Part shown: piece after piece, positions 62,645 to 64,000 of the stretch | Layout of the letters: each line of letters starts with the position of its first letter | How positions within the stretch are numbered: position 1 is the first letter of the stretch | Virus record (IMG/VR): IMGVR_UViG_3300011934_000017 | Span: 62,001-126,000 of that record | DNA: 64,000 nt | Strand: one strand, 5' to 3' | Notes under the pieces: generated by a model | What the model saw: only the letters and a program-made list of their open reading frames with translations | What the model was told of the DNA's origin: nothing | Databases searched by the model: none | Made by a program: the position numbers and the translations under genes

Positions 62645-63305
62645 ACTTTTCTTCCTTTCGTTCGCGTAAAAGAGTACGGCGTTTTTTAGCCATGCGGATC
62701 AAATCACCATCATACCGAGACTTATGGTAGAAAATAAGTTTGGTCGCATCGGCTAGAACATCGTCAAATGAATCTACAACAATCAAGATAATCGCACCGA
62801 GAGTTGAAACTTTTATAGCCGTAGCGATAGCACCTACACCAATACATACACCGATCGAGGCTAACAGCCAAACTGTCGCTGCGCTAGTCACACCGTTAAC
62901 GCTGCCTTTCTTCGTGAACATCACACCAGCACCAAGAAAGCCAATACCTGAAACGATCTGTCCAATTATGCGGCTTGGATCAGTAACGATAGTAGCATCG
63001 GACATAGGCATATTGTTAGCCATGTGAATTGATACAGCCACAAAGATGTACGAACCTAAAGAAATGAGCATTGACGTTCTCATGCCTATAGGCTTCTTGC
63101 GTAGCTGTCTTTCCCAACCTAAAATGCCGCCACAGAAGAGGGCAGCGAATACGCTTTTCCAGCTTAAAAGACCAAGCTCGGTTATTTGACTCCACACCTC
63201 TTCAATAGATTGACCTGATAAAAGAACCAGAGCAATCGAACCTAGAGCTAGAGGAATGACAGACAAAAAGATTGACGGCATTTTACGCCGTTTGAATATA
63301 ATCAT
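62634..63305 (-). CDS. mgtC: MgtC/SapB-family membrane protein
   Basis: GGILGWERQ...KPIGMRT..L..LG; DPSRI..QIVSGIGFLGAG; G.TSAATVW..A.IG..IG.G. Confidence 0.92.
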   Translation of the reverse strand: MIIFKRRKMPSIFLSVIPLALGSIALVLLSGQSIEEVWSQITELGLLSWKSVFAALFCGGILGWERQLRKKPIGMRTSMLISLGSYIFVAVSIHMANNMPMSDATIVTDPSRIIGQIVSGIGFLGAGVMFTKKGSVNGVTSAATVWLLASIGVCIGVGAIATAIKVSTLGAIILIVVDSFDDVLADATKLIFYHKSRYDGDLIRMAKKRRTLLRERKEEKYDE

Positions 63306-63317
63306 ACAAGATTGCCT

Positions 63318-63818
63318 TTAAGGAGTAGGAAAATCAATATCAAGAAGTTCAGCCGCCTCGATCAAGGTTGCTTCAACTCCTACTATAGTAAAGCGTTTAG
63401 CGCCTTTACCGTATAGAGGTGAGAGTAGAACATTGCTTTTCTCTTCTAAGGCGTTTTCAGTTATCACGCTTTTCTGTTTGCCGTCTAACCAATCAGTTAT
63501 CTGTCGGAATACAGGATAAGATATGCGGCATATTGTCGTTTCTTCCTCCTCTACAAAGTAGTCAACGGTCAACAAAACTCTGCTAATCTTTTCAGACTGA
63601 ACTATCCACGAGTACGTCTTAGGTTCACCTGTTTGTTTGTCAAACGTTTTAGGTGTTCTACGTGTAACGGCAGGGCAACCAAACAATTTAGGAACTTCGT
63701 CGAGTATGCCTATCACCGTGTCTTTCTTGGCTATCTGCTCTTTGATGTTTCGTGTGACGGACGGTGTTTTAACTTCATGACCGTTACGAAATCGAGGACC
63801 ATCTATAAGTCTAAGCAT
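63318..63818 (-). CDS. Hypothetical protein
   Basis: 166 aa; GGAG RBS. Confidence 0.55.
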   Translation of the reverse strand: MLRLIDGPRFRNGHEVKTPSVTRNIKEQIAKKDTVIGILDEVPKLFGCPAVTRRTPKTFDKQTGEPKTYSWIVQSEKISRVLLTVDYFVEEEETTICRISYPVFRQITDWLDGKQKSVITENALEEKSNVLLSPLYGKGAKRFTIVGVEATLIEAAELLDIDFPTP

Positions 63819-63831
63819 TACAAGGACTCCG

Positions 63832-63999
63832 TTATAAAATAACTTGGGGAAACTGTTGCAATCTTTTCAGATTAACGGCTTTTTGTTGGGGTGTATATTT
63901 CTTAGTGGAATTCCAAGCCCACTGAAGTAAGGCTTGTCGCTGTCTCATTCTTTTGCTTTCATCTTTTAAATTTCCGGACTTGGTAATCTGGCCTTGGTG
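63832..63999 (-). CDS. Partial CDS (3' end only)
   Basis: Manual translation ...HQGQITKSGNLKDESKRMRQRQALLQWAWNSTKKYTPQQKAVNLKRLQQFPQVIL*; open to the window end. Confidence 0.55.
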   Translation of the reverse strand, partial: HQGQITKSGNLKDESKRMRQRQALLQWAWNSTKKYTPQQKAVNLKRLQQFPQVIL

Positions 64000-64000
64000 A

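Noticed and set aside
1-64000. Alternative genetic code (stop reassignment) as seen in some jumbo phages
   Set aside because: Standard-code ORFs tile the window densely, and TAA, TAG and TGA all end genes cleanly
1-64000. tRNA/rRNA or other structured ncRNA genes
   Set aside because: Intergenic gaps are almost all under ~110 bp and none showed a cloverleaf or T-loop signature by eye; tRNAscan-SE/Infernal would be needed to exclude them fully

Overview
This 64-kb window is a densely coding, almost entirely minus-strand segment of a large contractile-tailed (myovirus-type, probably jumbo) phage genome. 1-33.1 kb is a tail-fibre/appendage and baseplate module. It holds six paralogous collagen-like fibre genes, Calx-beta/Ig-like and lectin-like repeat proteins, a 1968-aa baseplate protein, baseplate J-like, gp25-like and PAAR-like genes, and a 4-gene membrane/periplasmic block. 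33.2-35.2 kb is a plus-strand island led by thyA. 35.2-43.1 kb is an enzyme cluster (type IB topoisomerase, dNMP kinase, MmcB, GNAT, PD-(D/E)XK nuclease, Nudix, cell-wall hydrolase, SprT-like protease). 43-57 kb holds gp5-like spike, an intein-containing probable portal, a KTSC multi-domain protein, large terminase and DnaB-like helicase. 57-64 kb holds a sigma-like protein, HNH, a pyrimidine-dimer glycosylase-KTSC fusion and MgtC. The most interesting signal is that six unrelated proteins in the 35-43 kb cluster begin with the same short leader, M-x(0-3)-[FT]-[IVT]-S-x-[SA]. Two proteins also share an unnamed ~90-aa N-terminal domain. Together these suggest a capsid-targeting/protease-processed system that packages an enzyme payload into the head. 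Second, all six collagen paralogs carry a Cys in exactly the 10th Gly-X-Y triplet, and several have opposite net charges, suggesting a registered hetero-oligomeric collagen appendage. No tRNA, rRNA or CRISPR array was seen. All calls come from motif reading only; no searches were run.
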